A stretch of DNA of 64,000 nucleotides from contig JAQFVV010000011.1 in assembly GCA_028023455.1 (NCBI GenBank), positions 3,472,001 through 3,536,000 on the forward strand, given 5' to 3'. Both the position numbers and the translations under genes were made by a program. This document shows, in pieces, positions 1 to 12,549 of this stretch (the stretch's first letter is position 1; every line of letters starts with the position of its first letter). This stretch comes from Epiperipatus broadwayi (taxonomy: Eukaryota > Animalia > Onychophora). The notes beneath the pieces are model-generated. The model saw only the letters and a program-made list of their open reading frames with translations. It had not been told where the DNA came from and made no database searches.

Positions 1-10
1 TTAAGTTTAG

Positions 11-142
11 TATAGACAATATACATGTATTTAAATATTTATATTATATATATAACAGGATTAGCTAATATGAAAATATAGACAATATACCTGTATTTAA
101 ATATTTATATTATATATATAACAGGATTAGCTAATATGAAAA
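11..142. repeat. 66-bp tandem duplication (2 copies)
   Basis: TATAGACAATATAC[A/C]TGTATTTAAATATTTATATTATATATATAACAGGATTAGCTAATATGAAAA at 11 and 77, one mismatch seen. Confidence 0.9.
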
Positions 143-345
143 TTTTTTTAAATATACAAAAAATGATACCCAATAAAATTATAGCATAAATTGTGTACCC
201 TTGTCATTTAGTTTCAAGACCCTTTTCCATAAATACCTGAAGTCCATAGAGTACCAAACCACCCTATATGTGTTTTAAATATATATATAGCAACGAGTTG
301 GTTACACTAAAAAATAATAATTAGATAGTTGGCAGCATATTCCTC

Positions 346-535
346 AGGTTTGAGAAAAGAGGGATTTAGATATAAAGTTGACAAAGATTATGTTGTGGAA
401 ATGGGATGGAGCAGAATATGGGAAAATTTAGAATGGGGAATGGAAAATAAAGTGGCTAACAGGTTTATCTGGGCATAATTTCTGAGATATTTTTGACTTC
501 ATTTAAGGAGAAGCCACAATACATCATATCAATAA
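346..535 (+). mobile_element. old LINE 3'-end remnant, homologous to 35765-35980
   Basis: Shares collinear blocks with the 35.8-kb copy (GAGGGAT.TAGATATAAAG, GAATATGG.AAAA, GCTAACAGGTTT, AAGGAGAAGCCA). Confidence 0.5.
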
Positions 536-2801
536 AAAATTATTTTATTAATGGGGGGAAATATTTAAATTTTCATGGACCTATTTTTAAGGGGTTATTA
601 CTTAACTCAAATAATTGTAAAATCCCCATATGATAGTGTGAAAATTTTCAAACATTAAATATATTTAAGAGTATTTTTTTAAAAAAAATAAAAAGGTAAG
701 AGAAAAAATAGGATTTTAATAATTTTATAAATTTTAATTTATCAGAATTTTCCTTTCTTTAGCTCTATTTAATGAAATGAAAAAAATCAAATTAATACAA
801 TTAACAGTTTATCTTGTGGTGGTTGTTTTTTTTTTTTTGCAAGATTTAATTTTTCATTATAAAAGAATGTCAAGAATTTTATGTTGTTAAATTCTTGTTC
901 TTGTTTTAAATTTATGATTAAGGAGATAATTAGCTGAATAATTGTAGTTATTAAATTTTATTTAATTGGTTGTCATAAAAATGATAATGTAAGAGACAGA
1001 TTGTAATTGACTTGTGGGCAAGATTGTTCTAAAAATACATATGAAGATGTGAATTAGTAACTATACCCAAGTGTCTGGAGAAAACTATTTCTAACTTAAC
1101 TGTTGAAGAGATCAGTCAAATCTTAATTCTGTTAGTGAAAACAGTAGAAGTATTACAAACTTAATTCTTGACATGAGCAGTCAAATCTTACTGAGTTTAG
1201 CACTAAAATGGTTTATACAATGAAAACCATATGGTAAGTTTAGCTAAAAGCTAGGCATCACCTTCCTCCATGTAACCTACTTTTACTTGAAGAAAATGTA
1301 AAGAAGATAAAACTATCTTTAAGCAGTCTGCAACCTTGCCTTGAACCAAGAGCAAGAAGTCTGTGTTTACATCTGTCTCACCTAGAAATTCAAGAGGAAA
1401 CCAAATGGACAAAAATTAATATTTTCATTTACCTGGATTTGCTACAGACTCAGGAAAGGACAAGTTTAACCAGGCTCATGTTTAGAATCCTTCAAAAGAA
1501 CAAATATAACAAGGCCCATGTTTAGAAGCCTTCAAGAAGAAACTCCATTAGGAAAAATTGAAATTGCAACTGGAAAAGCCTTTATAGACAAGAGAGCCAT
1601 GGCTATAGATATTTTTTATTATGTGTGCACACTACTTTTTTTATTAATAGAAATGTTTTTTTTTGTTTCATAAATGTAATAAGTTTTTTTTCTCTCTCAA
1701 TTTTCTCTCTGGGTAAAATCAAAGATTGCTATCTTTGATTTTTTTGAATTTGTTTAACAAATTCTTAAAAATTTTAAAGAAAGAACCAAATGAATTTAAA
1801 GTCAATTCATGAATAAAAATTAATTGATAAGTTAGTATAATTTTATCAAACTGTATTTTATGATGAAATGAATGTTGAAATTATCTATCATGTCATTTTT
1901 TGTTAATTAAGATATTAAATACTTGTTTTTTAAAAAATATTCTTTCTAGTCTTAATTACTTTACTTTATCCAATTCATATTTCATGAAGTGTTGTATGTA
2001 TGACCTTATATCATGACAGCTTACATTCTAAGATTTAGTTTTTTTCTTGATGATCCCCAAAAAACTAGTTATTTATAAGTAGGGGAAGCCCATGAATTGA
2101 TTAAGATTATTTATAATAAGCTAATTTATTTCCCTCTTGTTCACAGTAATAAATTATAGAGTTCTTGCTTTCTGGGCTAGATTGGTGCATAACAATTATA
2201 TGGGATATGGGGTTTATATTTAGTGTATGGGCATCCAGATGATGATGATGATAATGATTTCTTGGGTTGGTGTGAAGAGGATATTCTTCAAAGTCCATGC
2301 ACTATCTTTTATTTAGTTTGGTCTTTAAAAATTTTTATTTTTTTTTACTTGAAGATAAAAATACAATTCCTCAGATTCCTCATAGTTTAAACTCCAATTT
2401 GCTGGAGAGTTACCAATAGTTAATCGATTTAGGGTAGTTGATGTTTATGTACTTCTGACCCTTATCCCAGGTATGATCCTGAATTTCCCCATAGCATTGC
2501 AATATATATTATATATACATTTAATAAAAATATTTTAAACATTTATAGACTACACTACTTTTGTACCTAAGATGATACAATATATAAAAATTACTATATA
2601 GATTAAGGAATCTATTGTTATATTATTAAAAATGTCTGCACTATGATATGTTTCTTAAAAATTATATATACAAAATAATAATAGAGTCAAAAAACTTACC
2701 ATTCATCATCATTCTTTTTGTGATGCTATCTCTTATTTTTGAACAGATTTATTTATCAATCTAATACATCCAGCAGTGAACATAATTTACTTTATATGAG
2801 T

Positions 2802-2807
<6 letters not shown>

Positions 2808-2882
<75 letters not shown>
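2808..2882. repeat. (AT)n microsatellite
   Basis: Uninterrupted ~75-nt AT run; explains the poly-IY ORF 2739..2939. Confidence 0.98.
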
Positions 2883-2885
<3 letters not shown>

Positions 2886-3792
2886 CATGAACAAATTCAA
2901 ATAAGTGAAAGAGGTAATGAGCACAATTCTTTTAATTGATCTCATACTGGTATACTTTCAATATATACATGCATATAATTTACCATATTAACAATTAAAG
3001 TTATCTCCATTTAGCTCTACTAGTTAAAATTATAAATATATAAACCTCAACAAGAGAGCTATTGTAGGTTAATGATGAAAACTTGTTTAACCTCATGGAT
3101 TGTCAATTAGTGGTAATTGATAGTTTCCTGGCAACATCAAAATCTAAAAAGTTATCTCTGTATACATCGATAAAATCTCTTAATTTCTATTTTTTATCAA
3201 ACTAAAAATCCATGAAAAAAATATAATTCAATATACTATATGGTATAATAAAATAATAATAAGGTTAATGAGATCTACCATAAATTATTTCATCTAGTAG
3301 CTTAAGCTTCATAGTCAGATCTCCTGAGCCACAATGTCTGTTAATGCTAATTTTGCTGCTCTTATTAATTTAGTCAAGACAATTCACTCTGTTAATAGTT
3401 TGTTTCAGAGTGGTAAATGAGTTAGTTATGCAGCAAAGTTTATTTATATTACACAGCTGCTTCTTGAAGGTGTAAAAGAAAAAGTGATTTCTGTTGTTGA
3501 AAGCTTAAGGTATTTAAAACAAAAAATAACCTTAATTCAGAATGTGCATTGGTTTCAATTTCATTATTCATTTTTATGACAGGAATTTTTGAATAAGTTC
3601 ATAGAGAGCTTCATAATGCAAACATTGCAACATTATATAGATTTGAGGATGAATTTTTTAAACTTTAATTGATTAAAAGTAGAAATGAGAATTTCAATTT
3701 TGTGATTCATTAAATAAATTGAAAACTAAAATATTTCATTGTATTGTTCTATTATTTAAATGAAAATAGTTATATAGAGAGCTGTTGTTTAG

Positions 3793-4078
3793 ACAAATCT
3801 TTTGTATGGAAGTAGCAAATGGACTCTCTACTGTCATGATTTAAAAGGCCCTGTAAGATTAGGAAAATATGATGGGAGAGTCATAAGAACAATTGATATG
3901 TTCTTCAGCTTTCTGGATGTAATGATATTTATTCTATTTTAAAGGTACATCATTTTTTGACAATATTTTATGGTGGCATTGAGTGTTATTCCAGTAAAAT
4001 AGACAGATCTTATTTTCTTTATGATGATGATCCTAAAAACATTTAATGGACAGTAATACTTGAGAGATGTATAACTCG
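3793..4078 (+). pseudogene. two candidate exons (3793-3852, 3945-4078), the second with an in-frame TAA
   Basis: ttttag|TNLLYGSSKWTLYCHDLKGP|gtaaga, 92-nt intron, taaag|VHHFLTIFYGGIECYSSKIDRSYFLYDDDPKNI*WTVILERCITR|gtaagg. Phases are compatible. No protein recognised; such frames can arise by chance. Confidence 0.25.
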
Positions 4079-4459
4079 GTAAGGTGTTGCGATCTTTTAG
4101 AAAGAGAAGTTTGCTGTAAGAGAAAATAATGTCACAACCCCCCCCCCCCAAAAAAAAAAGACAACTAAAAAAAATCTAAGGCGATAAATGTAGATGAATT
4201 TGTGATATGGAAACCTCATGGTGTTGTAGAGGATATTGGTGATCTGGGTTCAAATAAATGTTAGTCAAGTACAACTTGTATAATCAGATTAGAAAATCTT
4301 TTCAGGTATATAGTCCATAGCCAATATTTTGGGCAAAAAATAGATATCTAAAAAATAAAAATGAGGATAGAAAAAATACTCAAACACACTTAATCAAGCA
4401 TGAGGCATATCTTGTGGATATTTCCCCATTGTTGCACTGTGGATCTGGTGGAGAAGCCT

Positions 4460-4571
4460 TTTTCTCCATATGTTCTAGCATTGGCTGGGAGGCGAACCCG
4501 CAACAACGGTCTGCAACCAAATGCTTGCTTGCAAGGTAGCTGCGCTGACCCCTCGGCTAACAATGATTGAC
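4460..4571 (-). mobile_element. tRNA-derived SINE, copy 1
   Basis: Minus strand CATTGTTAGCCGAGGGGTC...GGGTTCGCCTCCCAGCCAATGC with A/B-box-like motifs and tRNA-Gly-like acceptor ends; short A tail; 12-bp TSD GTGGAGAAGCCT at 4448-4459 and 4572-4583. Confidence 0.85.
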
Positions 4572-7500
4572 GTGGAGAAGCCTATTTGAAGACATCTTAT
4601 AAATAAAAGATTCATAACTTGTTTTATTATTTGTTTTTCTTTGTGCTTTCTTCCTTCTAATGTTAGAACAGTCACAGTAACTTACACAAGATTGCTAATA
4701 GTCATTAAAAAATGTAGTGGGTGAAATATATTTAGTAGCTTACAATGCTTACTGTATAGAGAGATCTATAATTAATATATCATAAGCAAACCATTATACC
4801 ACTACACTTTTATTAATTATTGAATTAGATTTTTATTAATTATATAATCACTTTTTAAAAAAAATGTTATTCTGGCTTGAAAACAAAGACTTTTGAAGTA
4901 ATCATGTTCAACATATACAAAAAGCACGTCTTCTGTCTTTCAGTGAGTAATAATAATAAATTTGAGTTTTGTATAAACAGATTGTCATGTATATCAATAG
5001 ATTGTCATGTATATCTTTAAAATCATTTTTTCTCAAAAGTAACCTTTATTAGTTAAAAGATTACAAAAATTTTTGGGTACACTTACCCATTGAGGATTAC
5101 AAAGTGTTTGATGTTACACGGTAAAACATTTATTGACAAGGTTTATATAAAGTGTATATGCTCGATAAAAATTATGTCCATACAAGGGTTACTATAATTT
5201 TGATTAATGTGTATCTGTACATGGATAATAAACTCTTGACCCACAGCCGAGCCATGTCAAGACTATTATAGGTACCTCTTTCTCCCAATTAACAGTCCAA
5301 ATGTGCAGGGACCACATTTGGTCTACTGCCCAAAATTGGAAAGCCAACTAGGAAAAAACTAATAAGTAATAAGCACAGATCTGCACTGCCCAAAACCAAC
5401 CTATCAAGGGCACAGCAGCCGACAAGAGCAAGAATGGTGCTGAGACTTTGACCAGGTACCCTCCTGGCAGGTTTTCCAGGTAGCGGCAATAAATTGTCAA
5501 CAGCCTGCACCAATAAACCAGGCCCCTAATGACTGCCACCACCCCTGAGGAAGAAAATAGGAGTGCAGACCCATGCCTGCAAAATTATTGCAGCAACAAC
5601 TCCATCAAAGCTACAAAATATGTCAGTGGCCCAAAGCAGACCAACCACCTTACAAATGCTCTAATTTTAAAGTTAACTAAGGAAACAAAAATAATAATGA
5701 GCTCAAATCAACACTGTCCTAATAAACAATCCATCAAGGTGGTGCAGCAGCCTCTCAGGGCAAAGTTCAATGGAGGGCAGTGACCTTCACCTGGGCTTGG
5801 CAGTGATGGCCAACCACCCCCACAAATGAACCAAGCCCCCATGACCACCCCACCACACATGAGGAAAAGAAGAGGAGTGCAGACCCATGCCCACCAATGC
5901 AACAGTGGATTCATTGTAATCTGTAATCAAGCCAGATTTACTTGCACATCATGAGTACACACCATTTGTCCATATCACATTGCACACTGAGGTCAATAGA
6001 GCTGAAAGTCTGTAATCATTACCAACCTCCTGTGTCTGCAAATGTTCACAATATCTGTTCAACCCATCCAACTATAAAGACCTTCAGGGTTTACTATGAT
6101 TCTTATTTGTTGATACTAATTGGATTCTGCTTCTTTGGATTGAATTCTGGGTCTTGGTTAGTAGTCAAGGATTCAGTTGTATAATCTGAAAGTTTGTTGT
6201 TAAACTTTGGAATAATCTCAATAATTGTTGAATTAAAAGAGGATGAATCATTTGTGGCTTCAATGTCTCTGTTTAGGTCTAAAACATCATTTGGACTAAT
6301 TTTGCCTTTAAATCATTGTTTTGTAGCTCAGGAATCATTTCGTTGTAATTTTGTGTTGATTTGAATATTTTTTCATTTTTTGTGGTCCCCCAATCACACC
6401 GGAAGTGGGCTAATAACTTCTGTTGTGATCATGGGAGAAATTTGATTTTTGTGCAGGAAGATAGCTTAAGTCCTAATCTATAATGTTTAATTTTAAAATT
6501 GAGATCGAATTAAAATTCAAAATAATTTATTCGCTCTGGACTGATTTGCCGTATTCGGCAACTTCCTGTTGACAGAGGATATAGTAATTTTATTCCTATG
6601 AACAATTTAGCACTGGGATTTCTTTTTTCCTTAATTTTATGATTAATTTTTGTATTTACAATGTTCCTTAGGCTGTTTTCTGTCCTCCCTGATTGGTTTG
6701 CAGTCAAGGAAACTTGTTTAACATAATTAATATCTGATGCAAGGATAAAGATCTTAAAACTATCTTTGTTAGCATTTTTATTTTCAATGAGATTTGATGT
6801 CCAAAATGCTTACTCTTTTTATTATATGAATAAGATTAGGATTTCTAGTGTCTCTATTTTTTTTTAGAATAATTTGGTTTCATTTAAAAGTATTTTCCAT
6901 AGATTTATGTTACTCTAATGATTCTAAGAATTACTTAACCTAGCTTTTGCCTATTGCTAATGGCAGCCGTTTACACAAAACGGAACGAAAGGTAATTTTA
7001 ATTATTCTTGAATGAAAACTGTTTTAAAATTTATTGTAAAGATGAAAAAACAATAAAACAGGTATTCACTTATATCTTAGTAAACTTTTCTTTTATGAAT
7101 TCGCAAATAGACTATAACCTTGGTGAATAAAATCATTTTTAAATCGTTTTTCTAATAAAAATTCATTAAGTGTTGGTGGACGGTAATAATGTCATCAGTT
7201 TTTTATTTTATTTATCAAATCTGAGGTAGTAATACAATATTAAGTGATTGCGGAGGTCACACTGCTTAAATTTCAACCCAATCCACTATATAGATCATTA
7301 CGAATCTCCAATTTTTATTAGTAAACTTTAATGGCAGCTAATAAAGATAAGCAATATTAAATTAAAGTAAAACATCATCTTTAAATCATGTAAAAATTGC
7401 TTTAAATGAAGAAAAATTAAAAAAAGGAGTAGTAATAGTAGTTCTTTTCAAATTGCCTAATCAAATTTTTGCCTGAGTAAACTAATGATTATCTTCAATT

Positions 7501-7759
7501 CATATCAGAATCAAAAACTGATGCTATTCCTTATGAAAAAAAAGTGAAGATGTTTGCTGCTACTATATTTTTTTCTGATACTATAATAGATATTCTTAAT
7601 TTAGAACATCTGCATTTAAAAAAAATCTGATGTGATCTCATAAATACATTTTTAAAATTTAGCTTAATATATTAAATGCTATGTATGGAGTGTACTATTC
7701 TGCAGTTGTGAAAAGTGAACAATAATTAAAAAAAAATAGGAACAGATTGTAAATCTCCA

Positions 7760-8137
7760 AGATGTGGTCATTGAAGAAGGATGGAAAAATATTTGGATGA
7801 ATAAAATAATGAAATGATAAGTAAAGAAGATTTAAATAAGGTAAATGATTAAAAAAAATCAATTTGAGGAAATGGGGGATAAAAAGAGAAACTGTATTGG
7901 ATATATATTATGAAGAAAAAATAGTTTAATGAAAGATGTTTTGGAGATAGTGGTGAATGGAAACAAAAAAAAGGGATGGAAATGTGTGACCTTACTGGGT
8001 GATATAAGAGATGTAAAGAGATACGTGGATTTGAAGTGCTAGCCAATGAAGATGACAGAGTGGAGAAATGGATACCATTTGTGATGTGACTACTTTCTGG
8101 ACCTGTACGTAAAACAGAATACCATTGATTGAATGAT
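7760..8137 (+). mobile_element. decayed RTE-type LINE 3' end
   Basis: Frameshifted translation MWSLRRMEKI..., IGYIL.RKNSLMKDVLEIVVNG matches the RTE post-RT C-terminal region; ends GGACCTGT...GATTGAATGAT. Confidence 0.65.
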
Positions 8138-8400
8138 ATCAATCTCATAAATAATTGTAATCCAACCTGGATGTGAGTTAATTATCTGAAAAGATCTTGG
8201 ACTGAAGCGATATCACAGTGATATTTAATCCAGTCCCACTATCTGACTGACACTCATAAAGTAAATCATCATCAGCCTCAACCACTCTCAAATGAGTATA
8301 ACTATTGAGACTCCAAGAAGAAAGACAAAAAAAACTAGATATGAGTTTTGTATCTATGAAACACATACACTCATTTAGATTTAGATATTATTCCATTTAG

Positions 8401-8482
8401 AATGTTAAAACAGCTTTTGGTGAACTCAAAACTATGATAGCTGCATGTCCTAATGAGGTACTCAGAGATGTTTTAAATTATG
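8401..8482 (+). CDS. candidate internal exon of an unidentified host gene or pseudogene
   Basis: ttccatttag|NVKTAFGELKTMIAACPNEVLRDVLNY+G|gtaatg. Stop-free; phase-1 end is compatible with the phase-1 candidate at 9927 (ANLRIVFHGRDRYHLRYKDYPKNIS*RSANLV, TAA at 10001). Confidence 0.3.
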
Positions 8483-8625
8483 GTAATGATGTATTAGCTT
8501 TAAAAATATTGAAATTTTTTTAAGAGTATGTGGATTCACAAAGTTTTGTTACTTATCTTAAGGATGCTTCTATTGTTTCAATTTTTATAAATAAAAAAGG
8601 ATAGACAAAACTAAAATTCTCCTTA

Positions 8626-8848
8626 TAGATCCAAGGCTCCTGACTGATGAAGGCCACAAGCCAGAAACTAGTCTGGAGATATTGTATGAGTAGGCATTAG
8701 ATGGGGATTTTATGCACAAGCCTTCTGGCATCCATTGATTACGCTGGTTGGCACAGGGTGGCACTACTGTAAGAAGAGTTTTGCCTTGTTTATTAACAAT
8801 TATGTGCTAGTATAAGAGATAGTGATCATGTGATGTTTAGTGGTTTAA
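8626..8848 (+). mobile_element. family A hammerhead-bearing non-coding repeat, single arm
   Basis: CTGATGA(8644-8650)-A-GGC-CACAA-GCC-A-GAAA-CTAG-TC. Core intact, stem I partly mismatched, followed by the ~170-nt family A 3' tail. Confidence 0.85.
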
Positions 8849-9370
8849 TACAATAAAGGTACTTTAAAAATTTTGTTGAATCAGTTGCTGCCAATCGTAG
8901 ATAAAGGATTACTAAAAGGTCAATATGGTTTAAAGAATTAAGACGCCCTAGTGAAATAGTTTGTGTTGCCAAGGAAATGCAAGAAAAATAAGAACACAGG
9001 CTGATTTATATATTGTTTTTATTAATGTTATCAAAGTATTTGATTCAATTAATGAACAGGTTTATAGTATTGTTTGAAATTAATTGGTTGTTCAACAATG
9101 TTTATTCGTATTGTACAATATCTACATAATAGAAGAAAGAAATGTTATTACTACATAATAATCTAAAGATTATCTATAAGATGTATTTAAAGTTATAAAT
9201 GCAACATATGAAGAATTTAGGAATTAATATTCAAAAAACTAAAATTCTTTATCAGCCAATGGTGAAAAAAAATTCTTCAGAAACTTTTAGTTTGGATGAG
9301 TATAAATTTTGAAAATGTGAGCCAATTTAAATATCTTGGCCACTTTGATTGTAGAAAGATAGATTTAGGT

Positions 9371-9763
9371 CAGGGGTGGGAAAATAGTGGCCCACAGGCC
9401 ACATGCGGTCCATTAAGAGTTTTTATGTGGCCTACCAAGACATTCAGAAAAATCCACTTGGAACTGAGATTCCCTTCCCATGCACAACCAAAGATTCATC
9501 TCATATTTTCCACTAGGATGGCCATGCCAATACTCATGTGCAGTGTAGACACGATGTGCAGTGCTTTTTCCAGTTGATCTGGTTAATTTTATTTCCAACT
9601 TTAGTGAAACCATGAATCCTCTGAAAAAATGTAAAAGCAGTGTGTGTTTATTGTGTCATGAAAAAAGATGTGGCCCTCTGCTAACCTTCACTTCCACAAT
9701 GTAGCCCTCTACTAACCTCTGCTTCCACAGTGGACCCTGAGCCAAAACAATTGTCCACTCCTG
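9371..9763. mobile_element. hAT (SPIN/Charlie-like) MITE, family D copy 1
   Basis: TIRs CAGGGGTGGGAAAA / TTGTCCACTCCTG; 8-bp TSD ATTTAGGT/ATTTAAGT; homologous (opposite orientation) to 41302-41786. Confidence 0.9.
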
Positions 9764-10330
9764 ATTTAAGTAATAAGATGCTCACAGACTCCAATGAATC
9801 ACTGCTGCAAAGTTATAAGATTATTCATAATATTCTTTATCTTGCTAGGTGTTTATAATATTGATTCTACTAATCACATCATCACTGTATTAAAGTAAAG
9901 CTGCTTAAAAAAAAGGTATTTTACAGCTAATCTGAGAATTGTGTTTCATGGAAGAGACAGATACCATTTACGTTATAAAGATTATCCCAAAAATATATCT
10001 TAAAGAAGTGCAAATTTGGTTGCTTTCATCCAGAAGATAGAGTTTAGTATATAATACATAGAGATATGTTATTAAACAAAATGTTGAAGACTTTCAGAAA
10101 ATGAAAGTCTGATGCAGAAAAAGTTAAAAGTCAGCATTGTAAAATATTAAATAAACAGAATCATGGTCAGCATCTTCTTACACACATGTATTTGTAATTT
10201 GTATAGTCATCATAAGAAATAATGCATTATTATTATGTGGTTTGTCTTTTTATTTCTTAAAATTAGAATAGTTGAAATTAAATTGAAAGGCTGCAAACCT
10301 TTAGCACTTATTATAATACTTATCTGACAG

Positions 10331-10408
10331 CCAATCAGATGTTATGATGGCTGTCTGAATAATGATCAAACTGTAATAAACACAAGACAGAGAATTTTAC
10401 AAGAAAAG
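10331..10408 (+). CDS. candidate internal exon
   Basis: tatctgacag|PIRCYDGCLNNDQTVINTRQRILQEK|gtcagt; 78 nt, phase 0-0, stop-free; no homology recognised. Confidence 0.3.
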
Positions 10409-11039
10409 GTCAGTCCACCCTCTTCTTTACTTGTCTTTCTATATATCTAAGCCAGTCTGAAGTATTTAAGTTTAAAAGCATGAAGCTTTAAATATCTTCA
10501 CATTTAACTCACAGAGTCTAAACTACAAACATAGAGCGTGAAATCCTATAATTTACTACTTGTCAATAGCAGCTGATGATGATGATAAAATTAATATCAT
10601 TACATTTTTATAATTAATCAATATAAAATGATCCTTTAAATATATATATTATAGATAGTTTGAACTTAAATCAACCAGATTTGGTTATTTTTAGCCAATA
10701 ACAGTTACCAAAAAACAAAACGTAATTGAGTTTAGCGAAATTAATATTTTTTTCATTATTATTTGATTAAATCTGCATCTATTATACTTTCTTCAAAATT
10801 CTATTTATGCAATTACGATGTTAATAAAATTATAATTGAAAAAAAAAAGCAGCATAATGACGCATCATATTCCTTATTGGCAACATGCAGAAATTTATTT
10901 ATTAAAACCCCAATTTTTTATTATGAATTTAATGAAGCCATTTTGAAAATTGCTATGCACAAATGTACAATTTCTCTGCTAGAAAGCTGATAAGATATGA
11001 AGGAAGGAAAATGCTTGCCTATCTGTTTACTTACCAATA

Positions 11040-11195
11040 ATTTGGCCTGCATACCTCCTCATCTGCCTATCTGCTTACCATCTACCAATGCACCTATTTA
11101 CTTACCGACCTACCCTACCTATCTACCCTCACCCATCCACCTACCCTACCTACCTATCTACCCACCTACCTATCTGTCTGTCTGTCTATCTACCT
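11040..11195. repeat. degenerate (CCTA/CTAC)n simple repeat
   Basis: Runs of cctacctatctacc; explains ORFs 10997..11230 and 11088..11369. Confidence 0.9.
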
Positions 11196-12066
11196 CAAAG
11201 CTATATAACAAATGGTATTATGATTGCTAATAGTTCGGATCAGCATTATATATATATAGTAACACATCTTAACATCTCAAATTCTGTGCTTAAAAACAGC
11301 ATTGGAGTATATATATTTCCAAATCTGACAAGAATTGCAGCACTATATAAATATTCTAATTTATTTTGATGATAGTTGACTTTAAATAAACATATTATAT
11401 TCTTAACAATACTATATATATTTAAGATGGGGGAAGGAGAAAACAATCTAATGTTTGGCCAATAAATTGCAAAAATAAATGACGTAGGAATTTAAACTTA
11501 TCAAAGATTTCATAAAGATAATTTAAACTGTTATTAAAGTTTGGACTTTGAAATTTAATATTCGGAATGACTGAAAATATACGTATGTTACTAAATATGT
11601 ATAAGAATAAATCTGAAAACAGTGACTCGCCACCTAGTAGAATAAAAATGAAGTTTGTATTTATTTTAAATTAGAATTTGAAATATAAAACTATGACATG
11701 TCATAATAAAAATATTTTCAATAAATAAATACCGCTTTTTTATCAAATATCATAATTTAAGTTCTGACACATGCACACAAAAAAACTTTAATTAGCGATG
11801 TAGCTTTATTTATAAATACAGAAATTTCTATATTTATAAAATAATGCACTGTGCAGTTTAATATCTTACAAAATTCACACTTATGAGCTAAAAATTCAAG
11901 ATTGATTTTCAGTCGAGTTTAAGTTCAACTCAACCTGCCATTTTGGATTCTCAAATATTATTTGTCGTCCTGTGCAACCAGTCATTATGGAAAAAAAATA
12001 GACAACACAAATGTACGAACACTAGTAATTATTATTTTTTTAATCTGACTTTATAATAATAAATGT

Positions 12067-12537
12067 TAATAGTAATAATAACAAGTCAGATGTCATATGA
12101 CTTATATATAGCTTGCACTTACAAATATGTAAAATTAAGAGCGTGCTAATAGCTCTAAACAAGCTTTTTTTTTTTATTTATGATAAATGCTACTACAAGA
12201 GAAGGCATTCACATCATTTTTAACTTGGATTGTCCCCATCCCCAGACCGGTTTCGACCTATGGGTCTCTTCAGTGAGGAGTTGGGACATGAGATCTAAAA
12301 AACCAACTCAAGCAAAGCATTTATTTAAAAGATAATTGTTAGAAGAAGATCTGAAACTTTTAGACATCTGCATGTATTAAATTCAGCTCTCCAACTGAAA
12401 AAATCATATGGGCCTGAACTTAATTCAGATACTCCATATATTAGTAGGCTTAGCTCTTTAATTTAGCTAAAGCCACAACAGCAAAATAATAATAGTAATA
12501 ATAACAAGTCAGATGTCACATGACTTACTATATAGCT
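12067..12537 (-). mobile_element. family B hammerhead element (retrozyme-like), 423-nt unit plus terminal redundancy, copy 1
   Basis: TAATAGTAATAATAACAAGTCAGATGTCA at 12067 and 12490; highly similar copy at 45024-45473. Confidence 0.9.
12231..12288 (-). ncRNA. type I hammerhead ribozyme, intact
   Basis: Minus strand TGTCCC-AAC-TCCTCA-CTGAAGA-GACC-CATA-GGTC-GAAA-CCGG-TC-TGGGGA-TG-GGGACA: full core, perfect stem II, palindromic stem III (ACCGGT), extended stem I. Predicted cleavage 3' of the C at 12245. Confidence 0.9.
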
Positions 12538-12549
12538 GTGTCTATATAT

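Noticed and set aside
2107-2298. ORF with a poly-His run
   Set aside because: The His run comes from a (GAT)n microrepeat; no splice or homology support.
2739-2939. 66-aa ORF
   Set aside because: Translation of the (AT)n microsatellite.
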